Positions 11,439 through 21,524 are shown, numbered from the stretch's first letter. The stretch: 59,668 nucleotides of DNA from Pseudomonadota bacterium (GCA_041163625.1 JBEARB010000120.1:1-59668); one strand, 5' to 3'. Numbers and translations are program-made. The notes: generated from the sequence alone by a model not told the origin.

Positions 11439-14249
11439 CTACTCGGGCGCATCGGTCGACGGGTGACGCCCGGAGACCCGCACCAACTCGGCCTGCACGT
11501 CCGAGAGACGGGCCTCGATCTGCGCCAGCCGGGGACCGCCGCCGCGCTGCGTGAGGTAATGCACGTACGAGCGCAGACCGCTCAGTTGACGGACCAGATC
11601 GCCCATCCGAGCAAACGTCTCGAGCGCCTCGTCGAACGCCTCGGTTGCCTGCCGATCGAGCAGGGTCGAAGAGGCGCCGGACCCGGTCAACGCGCGACTG
11701 CCGAGCACACAGCCGCGCACCAGCAGCGCGCGCGCGACGCTGCCGCGGGCGCCGGAATCGCGAGCGACTTCGACGGCCTGCTGGCTGTCGAGATCGGCGG
11801 TCTCGAAAGTCTCACGCTCGAGTGAGATGCTCGCCTGCACGCGGAACACGCCCGAGAGCAGCTCGGGATCGTCGATCCGGCGAGCGGTCGGCAACGCATC
11901 GACCAGCAGCGCCGCGGCGTCGTGCCAGCGGCCGATGGCGATCAGCGCCTCGGCGTGGTCGATCTCGATCTCCAGCTTGCGAGCGGGATCGCCGAGCTCC
12001 TCGGCCATCTCGGCCGCGGCGGTCCACGCCGAGATCGCCGAGCGATAACGGCCGGCCGCGGCGTGCACCTCGCCGAGCACCATCCGCGCCTGGGACACGC
12101 CCCAGCGATCGACGATCTGCTCGCCGATCTGTACCGCCTCCTCGGCAGCATCGACCGCGTCGTCGAAATGGCCGCGGGCGACGTGGACCCGTGCGATATG
12201 GCACAGCGACCGCGCCAACACGCGTCGGTCTTCGGAGCGCCGCCGCAGGGCGAGCGCCTTGAGGAAGTAGGCCAGCGCCTCGCGCAGCGCGGCCTGCTCG
12301 CCGCGCGCGAGGTGGCACAGGCCGAGTTCGTCCATCACGTCGGCGATCCAGCGGTGTTCGCCCGCGACGCGGAAATGCTTGAGCGCACCCTCCAAGAAGC
12401 CGAGCGACATGTCGTAGCGCCCCGAGACGCGCGCGACCTGCGCGATCCGCAGCTGCGCCTCACCGCAACGGCGGTCGTCCTCGAGGGTCCGCGCCATGCG
12501 CAGCGCTTCGAGCAGCACGGGCTCGGCGTCTGCCACGCGCGAGAGCCGCAAGAGGCCGCCACCGTGCGCGATGCGGAGATCCGAGCCGAGGTCGGCGTCG
12601 TCGGCTTCGACCAGGCGCGCACCGTCGCCGAAGAGCTCGACGGCGCGGTGGACCTGACCGACGTCGCGAGCGGCAGTGCCGGCGTGCAGGAAGGCCTCTG
12701 CGGCCTGACGCAAGCGACCACCCGCGACGAAGAGCTCGCCGATCCGGGCCCAATCCGCGATCGGATCGGTGCGCGGCCGGATGCTCAGCCATTGCGCGCC
12801 GAGGCGGGCGGCGAGACGTCGACGGTCCGGCGTCATCGCGGCGACCAAGAGCGCGGCGTCGCCGGGGCTCTCGAACGCGAACGCGACGTCGGCGTTCTTA
12901 CGGCCCTCGTCGACGAACCCGATGACCTCGACGGCCTGCAGCTGCATCAGCGCGGCCTTGAGGCGACTGCGATCGCGGTCGCTCATCGCGTCGCTGGCGT
13001 CCTTGCGGCTGCCACGCAGGACCGAGAGCACGCCGCCGAACCAGAAGGTGGCACCGAAGATGGCGGCAGCGTCCACGACCTCGCGCAGCTCCGCCGGCAG
13101 GCGCGAGAGCCGATCGGGCAGCGCCGACGCGGCCGCGGGGCCCGCCGCCTGGGTGGCCGGAGGCAGGGCGGGCGAGCCGGGCTCGGTCTGCCCGCGCCAG
13201 CGCCAGACACCGTCGGCCTGCGCGACGTCACGGGCCGCGACCATGCCGCGGACCAGGTCCAGAATGCGCTCCGGTGAGCCGGCGGCGCGGACCTGCAGCT
13301 CGCGCTCGAGGCCGGTGGGCGCGCCCTGCACGCGGCCGAGCACGAAGCGCACCAGACCGAGCGCGTCCTCTTCGCCCAAGGGCGCCAGCTGCACGGCCGT
13401 GGCCGGCAGGGCGCGCGGCGGACCACGGCGCGACTCGACCAGCAGCGCCGCAGAGATGCCGCCGAGGGCGTCGGTCAGGCCCCGACAGACCAACGTGGTC
13501 TCCTCGACGCCGCCGCGGCTGGCGTCGATCTGCAGCACGAGCGGGCCCGACCGGCCGCGGCTGCGCAGCAGGCTACCCAGGAACTGCACTGCGATCTCGG
13601 GCTCCGGATCCACCGGGCGCGTCGAAGAGCGGGCGTCGGCGTCGGGATGCGCGACGCCGACCAGGGGGCCGACGACGGCCATGCATTCGGCGGCGTGTCG
13701 CTCGCCGACGAGCTCGGCCGCGCGGGCCGCGAGCTGCTTCCAGGCGTCCGGCCGGCCGAGCAGCGCCTCGCCGTCGAGCAAGGCGAGCAGGATGCGGCCC
13801 GTCAGCGTCGGCGGACCGGCCAGCTCCGGCGCGGCGCTGACGGCGAGCCAGAGCACCCCGCGACGCTGCGGGGCGACGGCGCGCTCGAGTTCGCGCAGCA
13901 AGCGGCTCTTGCCGAGCCCGGGCGGGCCGTGCAGCCAAGCGACTCGGCAATCCCGCTTGTTCAGTGCGTCGCGCAGCGTGTCGTAGAGGCGCTCGAGCTC
14001 GGCGCGCCGACCGAGGAAGGGGATCTGACGCCCCAAGACCGACGTCTCGCGCGGAGCCGCGCGCCGGAACGCATCCCACGTCGAGCGCGAGCGCGTGCGC
14101 AGCAGCCCGCCGGCCGCCCCCGTTTCCCGGGTGGCGGCGGCGTCGCCATCGACCTCGGGCAGCGGCGGCGGCGAGGCGACGGGCGGCGCCGGACTCGGCC
14201 GCGTGGCGGGCGAGTCGGTCGGCTCGGAGGATGGCCGGGCGGTCGACAT
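11439..14249 (-). CDS. STAND-type AAA+ ATPase with C-terminal TPR repeats (putative signal-transducing regulator)
   Basis: Start MSTARPSSEPTD with GGGAG upstream. Walker A is LHGPPGLGKSRLL and Walker B-like is VLQIDAS. A long C-terminal region of TPR-like helical repeats follows (e.g. AEAFLHAGTAARDVGQVHRAVELF, ALAYFLKALALRRR). No DNA-binding domain is recognisable. The 96 upstream codons of the track ORF are Arg-rich and were trimmed. Confidence 0.75.
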   Translation of the reverse strand: MSTARPSSEPTDSPATRPSPAPPVASPPPLPEVDGDAAATRETGAAGGLLRTRSRSTWDAFRRAAPRETSVLGRQIPFLGRRAELERLYDTLRDALNKRDCRVAWLHGPPGLGKSRLLRELERAVAPQRRGVLWLAVSAAPELAGPPTLTGRILLALLDGEALLGRPDAWKQLAARAAELVGERHAAECMAVVGPLVGVAHPDADARSSTRPVDPEPEIAVQFLGSLLRSRGRSGPLVLQIDASRGGVEETTLVCRGLTDALGGISAALLVESRRGPPRALPATAVQLAPLGEEDALGLVRFVLGRVQGAPTGLERELQVRAAGSPERILDLVRGMVAARDVAQADGVWRWRGQTEPGSPALPPATQAAGPAAASALPDRLSRLPAELREVVDAAAIFGATFWFGGVLSVLRGSRKDASDAMSDRDRSRLKAALMQLQAVEVIGFVDEGRKNADVAFAFESPGDAALLVAAMTPDRRRLAARLGAQWLSIRPRTDPIADWARIGELFVAGGRLRQAAEAFLHAGTAARDVGQVHRAVELFGDGARLVEADDADLGSDLRIAHGGGLLRLSRVADAEPVLLEALRMARTLEDDRRCGEAQLRIAQVARVSGRYDMSLGFLEGALKHFRVAGEHRWIADVMDELGLCHLARGEQAALREALAYFLKALALRRRSEDRRVLARSLCHIARVHVARGHFDDAVDAAEEAVQIGEQIVDRWGVSQARMVLGEVHAAAGRYRSAISAWTAAAEMAEELGDPARKLEIEIDHAEALIAIGRWHDAAALLVDALPTARRIDDPELLSGVFRVQASISLERETFETADLDSQQAVEVARDSGARGSVARALLVRGCVLGSRALTGSGASSTLLDRQATEAFDEALETFARMGDLVRQLSGLRSYVHYLTQRGGGPRLAQIEARLSDVQAELVRVSGRHPSTDAPE

Positions 14250-14347
14250 GGGGCTCCCTACGGGTCGGGGCGGCGCTTCCGCGCGCGGCACGGGCGATGA
14301 TAGAAGGCGGCCCGGAGCCCGGCAACCCGCCGTGGCAGAGGAGCCCC

Positions 14348-16786
14348 ATGCAGGATTCTCTCGAGCTCGGTCGATTGCTTGCCGCCTGGGCCGCGCGCTG
14401 CGCCAGCGAGGTCGCCGCCGACCGCGTCCGCCGACGCGAGCAGGCGCGGCATCGCGCGGAAGCGGAAGCGCGACTCGGCGATCTGGACGAAGCCCGCGCC
14501 TTGGACGACCGCGGTCTCGGCGCCGCGATTCCGTCACGCCTCGATCTCGGCGAGTCGCTCGCGCTCGCCGGCCGCGGCAGCGTGCTCGACGGCGGCGAGC
14601 TCAAGCGCGTCGGCATCCTGCTCCGGGCGGGCTGCGAGGTCCGTGACGCGGCCGAGTCGTGGCAGACGATTGCGCCGGGATTGGCGGCGCGCGCGGCGGC
14701 CGTGCCCGCGCACGACGACCTGGCGTGGACGCTGATCGAGACCTTCGACGAGAACGACGAGATCCGCGACGACGCCAGCCCGGAGTTGGCCCGCCGCCGC
14801 GCCGAGGTGCGCCAGCTCTCGGCCACGATGCGCCGCCGCATCGGCGAGTTGGTGCGCGATACCGACGCCGCCGGGATGCTGCAGGACGACTATTGGACCG
14901 TACGGCAGGACCGCTTCGTGCTGCCGGTCAAGGCGCAGGATCGACGCCACGTCGGCGGCATCGTGCACGGCAGCTCGCAGACCGGCTCGACCGTCTACGT
15001 CGAGCCCGCGGAGTTGGTCGAGCAGAACAACCGGCTCGCGCTCGCCTTCGAGGCCGTTCGCGCCGAGGAACGTCGGATCTTGGGCTCGCTCTCGGCGCAG
15101 GTCGGAGCGGCGGAGGCCGATGCCCGCGCGGTGATCGAAGCGCTGGCGGAGCTCGACCTGCTCTTCGCCGCAGCGCGCCTCGCGCACGAGCTCGCCGCCA
15201 CCCGCCCGACGCTGCGCGACGACGGGCTGCTGCGCTTGCGCAGGGCGCGCCACCCGCTGCTGGTCCTGGCGGACGTTCCCGTCGTCGCCAACGACATCGA
15301 GACGGAAGACGCGCGCTGGCTCGTCGTCAGCGGACCGAACGGCGGCGGCAAGACCGTCACCCTGACGACCGTCGGCATCGCCGCGGCGATGGCGCGCCTG
15401 GGCCTGCACATCTGCGCCGGCGAGGGCTCGATGCTGCCGTGGGTCGACGCGATCCACGTCGTCCTCGGCGACGCGCAAGATCTGGGCGCGGGTCTCTCGA
15501 CCTTCGCCGGTCACCTCGGCCGATTGCGCGACGTGCTGCAAGCCACTCGCGCGGGCGGCCGCCATCTCGTGCTGCTCGACGAGCTCGCCACCGGCACCGA
15601 GCCCGCCGCCGGTTCGGCGCTCGCTCGCGCGGTGCTCGAGGCCCTCGCCGACTGCGAGACGGTCGGTCTGTGCACCACACACGACGAGGCGGTGAAGCTG
15701 TTGGCCGTGGCCGACGCCCGCTTCGCCAATGCCGCGCTCGAGCTCGACCGGCAGCGGGGAGCGCCGACGTATCGCCTACGGCTCGGCGCGGTGGGCTCGT
15801 CGAGCCCACTCGCACTCGCTGGGCGCGTCGGCCTGCCGGACGACGTCCTCGAGCGCGCCGACGCCCTGCTCGGCGGCGCCGGCCAAGACACCCGCCACCT
15901 GCTCGAGGAGCTCGAGTCGATGCGGCGCCAACTCGACACCGAGCTGCGACAACAGCAGCACGCCCGACGCCAACTCGAAGAGGCCCGCGAGCGCCTCGAC
16001 GCGCAGCGCCGGCACGAGCGACACGCCGCCGACAAGCGCGTCGCCGCGGCGGCCGAAGCGGCCCTCGCGCGGATCGAGACGGCGGAAGCCGAGCTCGCGG
16101 CGCTGCGGGAGCAGGTGCAACAGGGCGCCGAGCCGGTCGAGAAGCTGTCGCGACGGATCGCGGCCGAGCAGCGCGCGCTGCGTGAGGAGGCCCGAGCCCA
16201 CGGCGCCGAGCCGACCGAGGGTCCGTCGAGGCCCGAGGTCGACGCGGAGCAGCTCGCCCCTGGCGACGAGGTCTTCCACACCGGGCTCGGTCGCCCGGTC
16301 CGGATCCTCTCGATCGACGCTGCCCGCGGCGAGGCCCGCGTGACCGCCGGCGCCCTCGAGCTGCGCTGCAATATCGAACAGCTGCGGGCGACGCGAGGCA
16401 ACGAGCGCGCCGCCGAGCCGCGACGCCGCGCAAGCGACGATCCGCGTCGTCACGACGTGCGCAGCGCGCCCTCGGCGGCCGCGACCGGTCGCGGCGGCGA
16501 GGCGCCGAGCTTCGACGAAGACACGAGCTTGATGCGGACGCCCGATCGGACGGTGGATCTGCGCGGAATGCGGGTGGACGAAGCGATCGCCGCGGTCGAC
16601 GCCTTCCTCGACGCGTCGGTGATGGCGGCTCGTCAGGGCGTCACGGTCGTGCACGGTGTCGGCACGGGCGCGCTCCGCAAAGCAGTGGAGCAGCACCTGC
16701 GGCAACACCCGCAGGTCCGGCGGTCACGCCTCGGCGGCCCGGGAGAAGGCGGCGGCGGCGCGACGCTGGTCTGGTTGGCGAGCTGA
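14348..16786 (+). CDS. mutS2: Endonuclease MutS2 (MutS domain III-V ATPase plus C-terminal Smr domain)
   Basis: Start MQDSLELG with AGAGGAG upstream; an alternative in-frame ATG lies at 14297. Walker A is SGPNGGGKTV, followed by the MutS ABC signature region (GLSTFAGHL), DELATGTEP, a long coiled-coil, and a C-terminal Smr domain (VDLRGMRVDEA ... VVHGVGTGALRKAV). It is divergent from the STAND ATPase, with about 100 bp between the two starts. Confidence 0.85.
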   Translation: MQDSLELGRLLAAWAARCASEVAADRVRRREQARHRAEAEARLGDLDEARALDDRGLGAAIPSRLDLGESLALAGRGSVLDGGELKRVGILLRAGCEVRDAAESWQTIAPGLAARAAAVPAHDDLAWTLIETFDENDEIRDDASPELARRRAEVRQLSATMRRRIGELVRDTDAAGMLQDDYWTVRQDRFVLPVKAQDRRHVGGIVHGSSQTGSTVYVEPAELVEQNNRLALAFEAVRAEERRILGSLSAQVGAAEADARAVIEALAELDLLFAAARLAHELAATRPTLRDDGLLRLRRARHPLLVLADVPVVANDIETEDARWLVVSGPNGGGKTVTLTTVGIAAAMARLGLHICAGEGSMLPWVDAIHVVLGDAQDLGAGLSTFAGHLGRLRDVLQATRAGGRHLVLLDELATGTEPAAGSALARAVLEALADCETVGLCTTHDEAVKLLAVADARFANAALELDRQRGAPTYRLRLGAVGSSSPLALAGRVGLPDDVLERADALLGGAGQDTRHLLEELESMRRQLDTELRQQQHARRQLEEARERLDAQRRHERHAADKRVAAAAEAALARIETAEAELAALREQVQQGAEPVEKLSRRIAAEQRALREEARAHGAEPTEGPSRPEVDAEQLAPGDEVFHTGLGRPVRILSIDAARGEARVTAGALELRCNIEQLRATRGNERAAEPRRRASDDPRRHDVRSAPSAAATGRGGEAPSFDEDTSLMRTPDRTVDLRGMRVDEAIAAVDAFLDASVMAARQGVTVVHGVGTGALRKAVEQHLRQHPQVRRSRLGGPGEGGGGATLVWLAS

Positions 16787-16795
16787 GGCGGGGGC

Positions 16796-17011
16796 TCAGG
16801 AGACCGCGCGGAGATCCGGGCGCGCCGCGACGGGAGCGCTGGGCTCGAGCACGGCGAAGACCTCGGCACGACCGATCCGGGTGACGGCGCCGCGATCGTC
16901 CTGCAACTCGAGCATCAGCGCGTCCTTGCGCGCGAGGCGTCCGCGAACGTGTCCGTCGCGGGTGAAGAGCACGTAGCTGCGGCCCACGGCGAGCTTGTCG
17001 ACCATCTGCAT
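16796..17011 (-). CDS. Small hypothetical protein (71 aa)
   Basis: Start MQMVDKLAVGRSYVLFTRDGHVRGRLARKDALMLELQDDRGAVTRIGRAEVFAVLEP with GGGGAGG 5 nt upstream. It is convergent with mutS2, 10 bp past the mutS2 stop. The composition is protein-like, but no family was recognised. Confidence 0.4.
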   Translation of the reverse strand: MQMVDKLAVGRSYVLFTRDGHVRGRLARKDALMLELQDDRGAVTRIGRAEVFAVLEPSAPVAARPDLRAVS

Positions 17012-17144
17012 CACGACCTCCCCGGCCGGGCATCCGCGCCGACCGGCTCCGATCTTCGCGGCTCGTGAGCGAGGGTCCAGAAATTCGGCTGCTTGGAGCG
17101 AAATACCCGCTGAGGCGCGACGCGCCATGGAGCGCAGCGGCGCG

Positions 17145-17888
17145 TCAGCGCGGCCTGCCGAAGGCGGCAAGACATTGGCCCGTCGTCCGCGGCGTGGACT
17201 CGCCGGGCCAGCGCACCAGGCGCGTGTTGAGCACGGTGCCAGCCTCGTCGCGCACGATCTCGGGCTGCGCTGCGGTGATCGCGAGGCGCCGGACGCGACC
17301 CGCGCGGCGCGCGATGACGAGCACCCGACCGTCCTCGACTTGCTCGACGATGGCCGCGAGAGTGATGCCGTCGTCGGGGCGGCGGTTGCCGTTCAGATCC
17401 AGGGTGTCGCGGAAGAAGGCGATGTCGCCGGCACGAACAGCGCTTCGGCCGACCAGGGCGTCGTCCGCGGCCAGCCGCGTGTGCAGCGCGGCGGCATAGA
17501 CCTCGCGGCGCGAGATGGCGACGCCCTGCCCCGACGCGTGCAAGACTTCGTCGACGAACGGGCGGTCGTCGTTGCCGGCGCGGCCGAGCAGCCGTTGCGC
17601 CGCGACGACGCGTTGTCGTGCACGCAGTTCCAGGTTCGCCGGCGGCGGCTCGACGCGCGGTGGCGGCGTGCGGTCGCCACGCGCGACGGCCCGCCGCGAC
17701 GGCGGGCTGCGCGGAGACGGTGGCTGTTCCGCGTCGGGCTCCGGCAGCCAGGGGTCGGGCGCCCGATCGGCCAGCCACGCCGCGGCCGGCAGCGCCGTCG
17801 GAGGACGGATCTGCCAGCTACCGCAGGCGCTCGACGCCAGCAGGGCCAGCCCGCTCAGCGCCCGAATCGGCAGTCTCGTTCGCACCAT
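17145..17888 (-). CDS. Hypothetical lipoprotein
   Basis: Signal peptide and lipobox (LALLASSAC). A Pro-rich linker is followed by a structured C-terminal domain (FVDEVLHASGQGVAISRREVYAAALH ... DGITLAAIVEQVEDGRVLVIARRAG). No family is confidently recognised. Confidence 0.6.
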   Translation of the reverse strand: MVRTRLPIRALSGLALLASSACGSWQIRPPTALPAAAWLADRAPDPWLPEPDAEQPPSPRSPPSRRAVARGDRTPPPRVEPPPANLELRARQRVVAAQRLLGRAGNDDRPFVDEVLHASGQGVAISRREVYAAALHTRLAADDALVGRSAVRAGDIAFFRDTLDLNGNRRPDDGITLAAIVEQVEDGRVLVIARRAGRVRRLAITAAQPEIVRDEAGTVLNTRLVRWPGESTPRTTGQCLAAFGRPR

Positions 17889-18040
17889 CGACGCTCCGCG
17901 GGCGTAGGCCCGCCAGCATCGAATGGTCCGCGCACCGGCGGTTCCGTCAAATTTCCCCGCGTCGACCGGGGCCTGCGCTTGCCGTCACGGGCGCGTCGAA
18001 TAGACTCCGCGCAGGTGCGTTCCTGGAGCGGAGGTGAACC

Positions 18041-19213
18041 ATGAACCGCAACCCTGTCCGAATTCTCTCTTCTCTGTTCCGGTCCGCGCTGCACGGTCGC
18101 TTCGCGCTGGTCGCGGCGCTCGCCGTCGCGACCCTGGCGTCGGGCTGCATCGTCAACACCACGTCCAACAGCTTCGGGACCCTCGAAGTGCAGTGGTCCG
18201 TGCCGGGCGGCTGCGACAGCCAGGGCATCTCGACCGTCCGGATCCGCTCCTCGCGCGGCTCGATCGTCGACGCCGAGCAGAGCGGCATCGCCTGCAGCAA
18301 GGGCTTCCAATCGCTGACGGTGAATCCGGGCGTCCACACCGTGACGATCGAGGGCTTCTCGGCCGGCGGCACGCTGGTCGCCAGCGCCAGCATCGGCAGC
18401 GTGCTGGTCGACGCCAACCGCGTCACCACCACCCCGATCGCGTCGCTCACCGGACAGAGCGCGCTCGGCAACGTGCAGCTCAGCTGGACCATCGCCGGCC
18501 AATCTGCCGCTGCGGGCTGCAACGCGGCGGGGCTGAGCAAGATGTTCATCTCGATCCTCGACCCCAGCAAGACGAAGATCGTGGCCACGGGGGAGGCGAA
18601 CTGCGCCAGCGGCGGCGCCAACCTGACCGGCGTGCCGACCGGCACCGTCTACATCCAACTCGACGGCGCGACCGCGGGTGGAGCGATCCTCTACGGCAAC
18701 CCCACGGTCTTCGGACCGGTGGAGGTCGTGCCGGCGGCGACCACCTTCATCGACGGCGCCATCGACGTGGTCAGCATGACCTCGACCGTCAGCCTCGATT
18801 GGCAGTTCCAGGACGGCGGCACCTGCGGGAGCCACGGCTCGGAGTTCGTGCTCATCGAGGTCTCGGACCTGACCAGCGGCACCGCCCAGGTCATCGTCCC
18901 GATGAGCGACCCGTGGGCCAAGAAGCCTTGCGACATCGGCCCGAACTCGAACTACGACGCCCGCGTCATCGACATGCAGTTCGCCACGCCGACCTGCACC
19001 ATCCCGGCCGGCGCGAAGGGCCTGGTGATCTGCGGCATCACCGGATCGGCCATCGGCGTGCGGATCTCGGTCATCGAGGCGTCGAGCAACACGATCCTCT
19101 ACGGCGGCAACATGCAGATCAAGCAGATCCCCGCGGCCAGCCACGTGCCGATCGACGTGCCGCTCTACCTCGCCCCGTGCAACACGACGGACAATATCTG
19201 CGGCGCGCCCTAA
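18041..19213 (+). CDS. Hypothetical secreted lipoprotein with internal Ig-like/beta-rich repeats
   Basis: Lipobox LATLASGC and GGAGCGGAGG RBS. The composition is Thr/Ser/Gly/Val-rich with paired Cys, and there are two similar halves (TLEVQWSVPGGCDSQG... and SLDWQFQDGGTCGSHG...). A rho-independent terminator follows. Confidence 0.65.
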   Translation: MNRNPVRILSSLFRSALHGRFALVAALAVATLASGCIVNTTSNSFGTLEVQWSVPGGCDSQGISTVRIRSSRGSIVDAEQSGIACSKGFQSLTVNPGVHTVTIEGFSAGGTLVASASIGSVLVDANRVTTTPIASLTGQSALGNVQLSWTIAGQSAAAGCNAAGLSKMFISILDPSKTKIVATGEANCASGGANLTGVPTGTVYIQLDGATAGGAILYGNPTVFGPVEVVPAATTFIDGAIDVVSMTSTVSLDWQFQDGGTCGSHGSEFVLIEVSDLTSGTAQVIVPMSDPWAKKPCDIGPNSNYDARVIDMQFATPTCTIPAGAKGLVICGITGSAIGVRISVIEASSNTILYGGNMQIKQIPAASHVPIDVPLYLAPCNTTDNICGAP

Positions 19214-19240
19214 TCCGGCTCCGCGCTCGCCCGTCCCTCC

Positions 19241-19278
19241 CCGGAGCCCGCCACCCCTGGCGGGCTCCGGCCGTTTTG
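19241..19278 (+). terminator. Rho-independent terminator downstream of the lipoprotein gene
   Basis: Perfect 13-bp stem CCGGAGCCCGCCA / TGGCGGGCTCCGG with loop CCCC, followed by CCGTTTTGG. Confidence 0.55.
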
Positions 19279-19294
19279 GCGTACGCTCGACACG

Positions 19295-19445
19295 CCTCGT
19301 GGAGTCGCGGCGGAAAGACCGCCGCGCCGCGCTCGTCGCCACGACGAGCGCGGAGGGAAGCCGGTGAGAGACCGGCGCGGGCCCGCCACTGTGAGCGTCG
19401 TTCGGCAACGGACGGCGTGAGCCAGGAGACCTACCCGGGGCGCAA
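19295..19445 (+). promoter_or_regulatory. Cobalamin (AdoCbl/B12) riboswitch in the 5' leader of the TonB-dependent receptor gene
   Basis: The conserved core GGGAAGCCGGTGAGAGACCGGCGCGGGCCCGCCACTGTGA contains the invariant GCCACTG at 19385-19391. A B12-box-like GAGCCAGGAGACC lies at 19419-19431. Upstream helices are ggagtcgcggcgg...ccgccgcgcc. The element sits 30-180 nt upstream of a btuB-like gene, followed by btuF and btuCD. Confidence 0.7.
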
Positions 19446-19475
19446 CCATCGACCTCCTCGCGGATCGGGACGGCG

Positions 19476-21524
19476 ATGACCGGGCTGGTGGGATCTCCAG
19501 GCCGCAGGCTACGGCTTGCGTTGTCGCTTCGCGGAGCCGCGTTCGCGTGGACGTGTGCGTGCGCTGCGACCGCCTTCGCCGCCGCCCCGTTGCCGGAAGG
19601 CAGCACCCACACCGCAGCGATCGAGGTCCGACGCCCCCGCCCGGACCGCGCCGTCGATCGCGCCATCCACCTCGACGGCGCCGCCTTGCGTCAGCATGGC
19701 CGCGACCTGGGTGATGCGCTCGCCACCGCCCCCGGCGTGACCGCCGACCGGGTCGGCGGCTTCGGTCACGGTGGCCAGATTCGCCTGCGCGGCGCAACGC
19801 CGGCACAGACGCGGTGGGCGCTCGATGGCGTGCCCCTGCAATCACCGACCGGACGCAGCCCGGATCTCGAGCAGCTGCCGATCACCTTGCTGCAGGGCGT
19901 CGCGCTCTATCCGGACGGCGCGCCGCGCGATTTCGGCGCCGAGACGATGGGCGGCGCCGTCGACCTGCGCACCGGCGCAGAGGGCGCGCGACGGCTGCGG
20001 CTCGGCGCGGGCAGCTACGGCGCCGGCTACCTCGACGGCGTGGTCGGCTGGGGCAGCCCTGCCGGGGCCTCGGGCGGCTACTTCGGTGTCCGAGCGCTGC
20101 AGGTGAGCGGCGACTTCGCCTATCGCGACGACGGCGGCACCGCCTTCGACGCCAGCGACGACCGCCGCCGGGTCCGCGAGAACAACGACGTTCGGCGACT
20201 CGGCGGCCTGCTCGGTCAACGCCTCCGGCTCGGTCACTGGCAGCTGCACGGCCTGGTATTCGGCGGCTGGCGCGATCAGGGGCTCGCGGGCGCGGCCGGC
20301 CAGACCACCCACGCCGCGCGGCTCGGACACGCCAGCGCAGATGTCGTGCTGCGGGCGATGCGCGACGGAAGAGTCGGCCGTTGGACGCTGCAGAGCCACC
20401 TCGGCTGGCTCTCCGAGGCCGTCGACGACCGCCTCGGGGAGCTCGGCGTGGTCGTCTCGCGGCGCGTCGACGTTCGGGCCGCCTCGCTGGCATCGCGTTT
20501 CTCGGCGGCGCCGATTGGGCTCGGACCGGCCCGGTGGGAGCCCGAACTTCGCGTCGCGGCTGCCCTGGGCCGCAGCGCTGGCGAGGATCTGCAGCAGGGC
20601 CGCGCGATCCCGACCTCGACCGCGCAGTCGCTGGAGCTCGCGGCAGCCGGCCCGCTGCAGTTCGGGCCTCGTTGGCTGCTCGAGCCGCGAGCACAACTGC
20701 GCCTCGCCCACAGCGAGCGCAACGACGACCCGGCCTGGACTGGCGCGTGGCAGCAGCGCGTCGTCGCGTGGCGGGCCCTACCGACCGCGCGGCTCGCCGT
20801 TCGCCACCGCCCCGACGACGCGGTCGATGTCCACCTCGGCGCGAGTGCGTCGGCCCGAGCGCCCACGCTGCTCGAGCTCTTCGGCAACGACGGCAGCGTG
20901 CGCGGCAACGCGTTGTTGCGCGACGAGACCGGCGTGGGCGTCGACGCCGGCGCGCGCGTGCGCGGCCGAGCCCTCGGCGGGACGTGGTCGGGCCGGCTCG
21001 GCGCTTCGTGGCGCCGCCAGCGCGACCTGATCTCGCTGGTGCGCACCTCGCCCGCGAGCGCGATCTGGCTCAACGTCGCATCGGCCGACCTGCGCGCGCT
21101 CGACGCGTCTGCCGAAGCGCGCTGGCCCGGCGGCGCGGGCGGTTCGCTCGTGGTCGCCGCGCTCGATGCCCGCGACGACGGCGCGGATCCGGCCTACGCC
21201 GACCGCGAGTTGCCCTTGCTGCCACCCTTGCGGGTCGCCGCCTTGGTCCACGCCCCACGCGCTGCGCTGGGCCCCGTCGTCGTGGAGGCCTTCGCGGCCG
21301 CGCGGTGGCGCGCGCGGCGGTTTGCGGATCGCGCCAACCTCGTGCTGCTGCCGAGCCGGCTGCGCGTTGACGTCGGCGCCGGCGCGCGCTACGGCCACGC
21401 CCGGCTGGACCTTCGGATCGACAACGTCACCGGCCGCGCGGATCAAGATCTGCTCGGCTTCCCGCTGCCGCAGCGCGCGTGGATGCTCAACTTGACCTGG
21501 GATGCCGCCCCGGAGGATCGATGA
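19476..21524 (+). CDS. btuB: TonB-dependent outer-membrane receptor (BtuB-like cobalamin/corrinoid receptor candidate)
   Basis: Signal peptide (LALSLRGAAFAWTCACAATAFA). A TonB-box-like region is followed by plug-domain motifs (ATAPGVTADRVGGFGHGGQIRLRG, ALDGVPL). A long beta-barrel region follows. The gene lies downstream of the cobalamin riboswitch and upstream of btuF/btuCD. Confidence 0.8.
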   Translation: MTGLVGSPGRRLRLALSLRGAAFAWTCACAATAFAAAPLPEGSTHTAAIEVRRPRPDRAVDRAIHLDGAALRQHGRDLGDALATAPGVTADRVGGFGHGGQIRLRGATPAQTRWALDGVPLQSPTGRSPDLEQLPITLLQGVALYPDGAPRDFGAETMGGAVDLRTGAEGARRLRLGAGSYGAGYLDGVVGWGSPAGASGGYFGVRALQVSGDFAYRDDGGTAFDASDDRRRVRENNDVRRLGGLLGQRLRLGHWQLHGLVFGGWRDQGLAGAAGQTTHAARLGHASADVVLRAMRDGRVGRWTLQSHLGWLSEAVDDRLGELGVVVSRRVDVRAASLASRFSAAPIGLGPARWEPELRVAAALGRSAGEDLQQGRAIPTSTAQSLELAAAGPLQFGPRWLLEPRAQLRLAHSERNDDPAWTGAWQQRVVAWRALPTARLAVRHRPDDAVDVHLGASASARAPTLLELFGNDGSVRGNALLRDETGVGVDAGARVRGRALGGTWSGRLGASWRRQRDLISLVRTSPASAIWLNVASADLRALDASAEARWPGGAGGSLVVAALDARDDGADPAYADRELPLLPPLRVAALVHAPRAALGPVVVEAFAAARWRARRFADRANLVLLPSRLRVDVGAGARYGHARLDLRIDNVTGRADQDLLGFPLPQRAWMLNLTWDAAPEDR

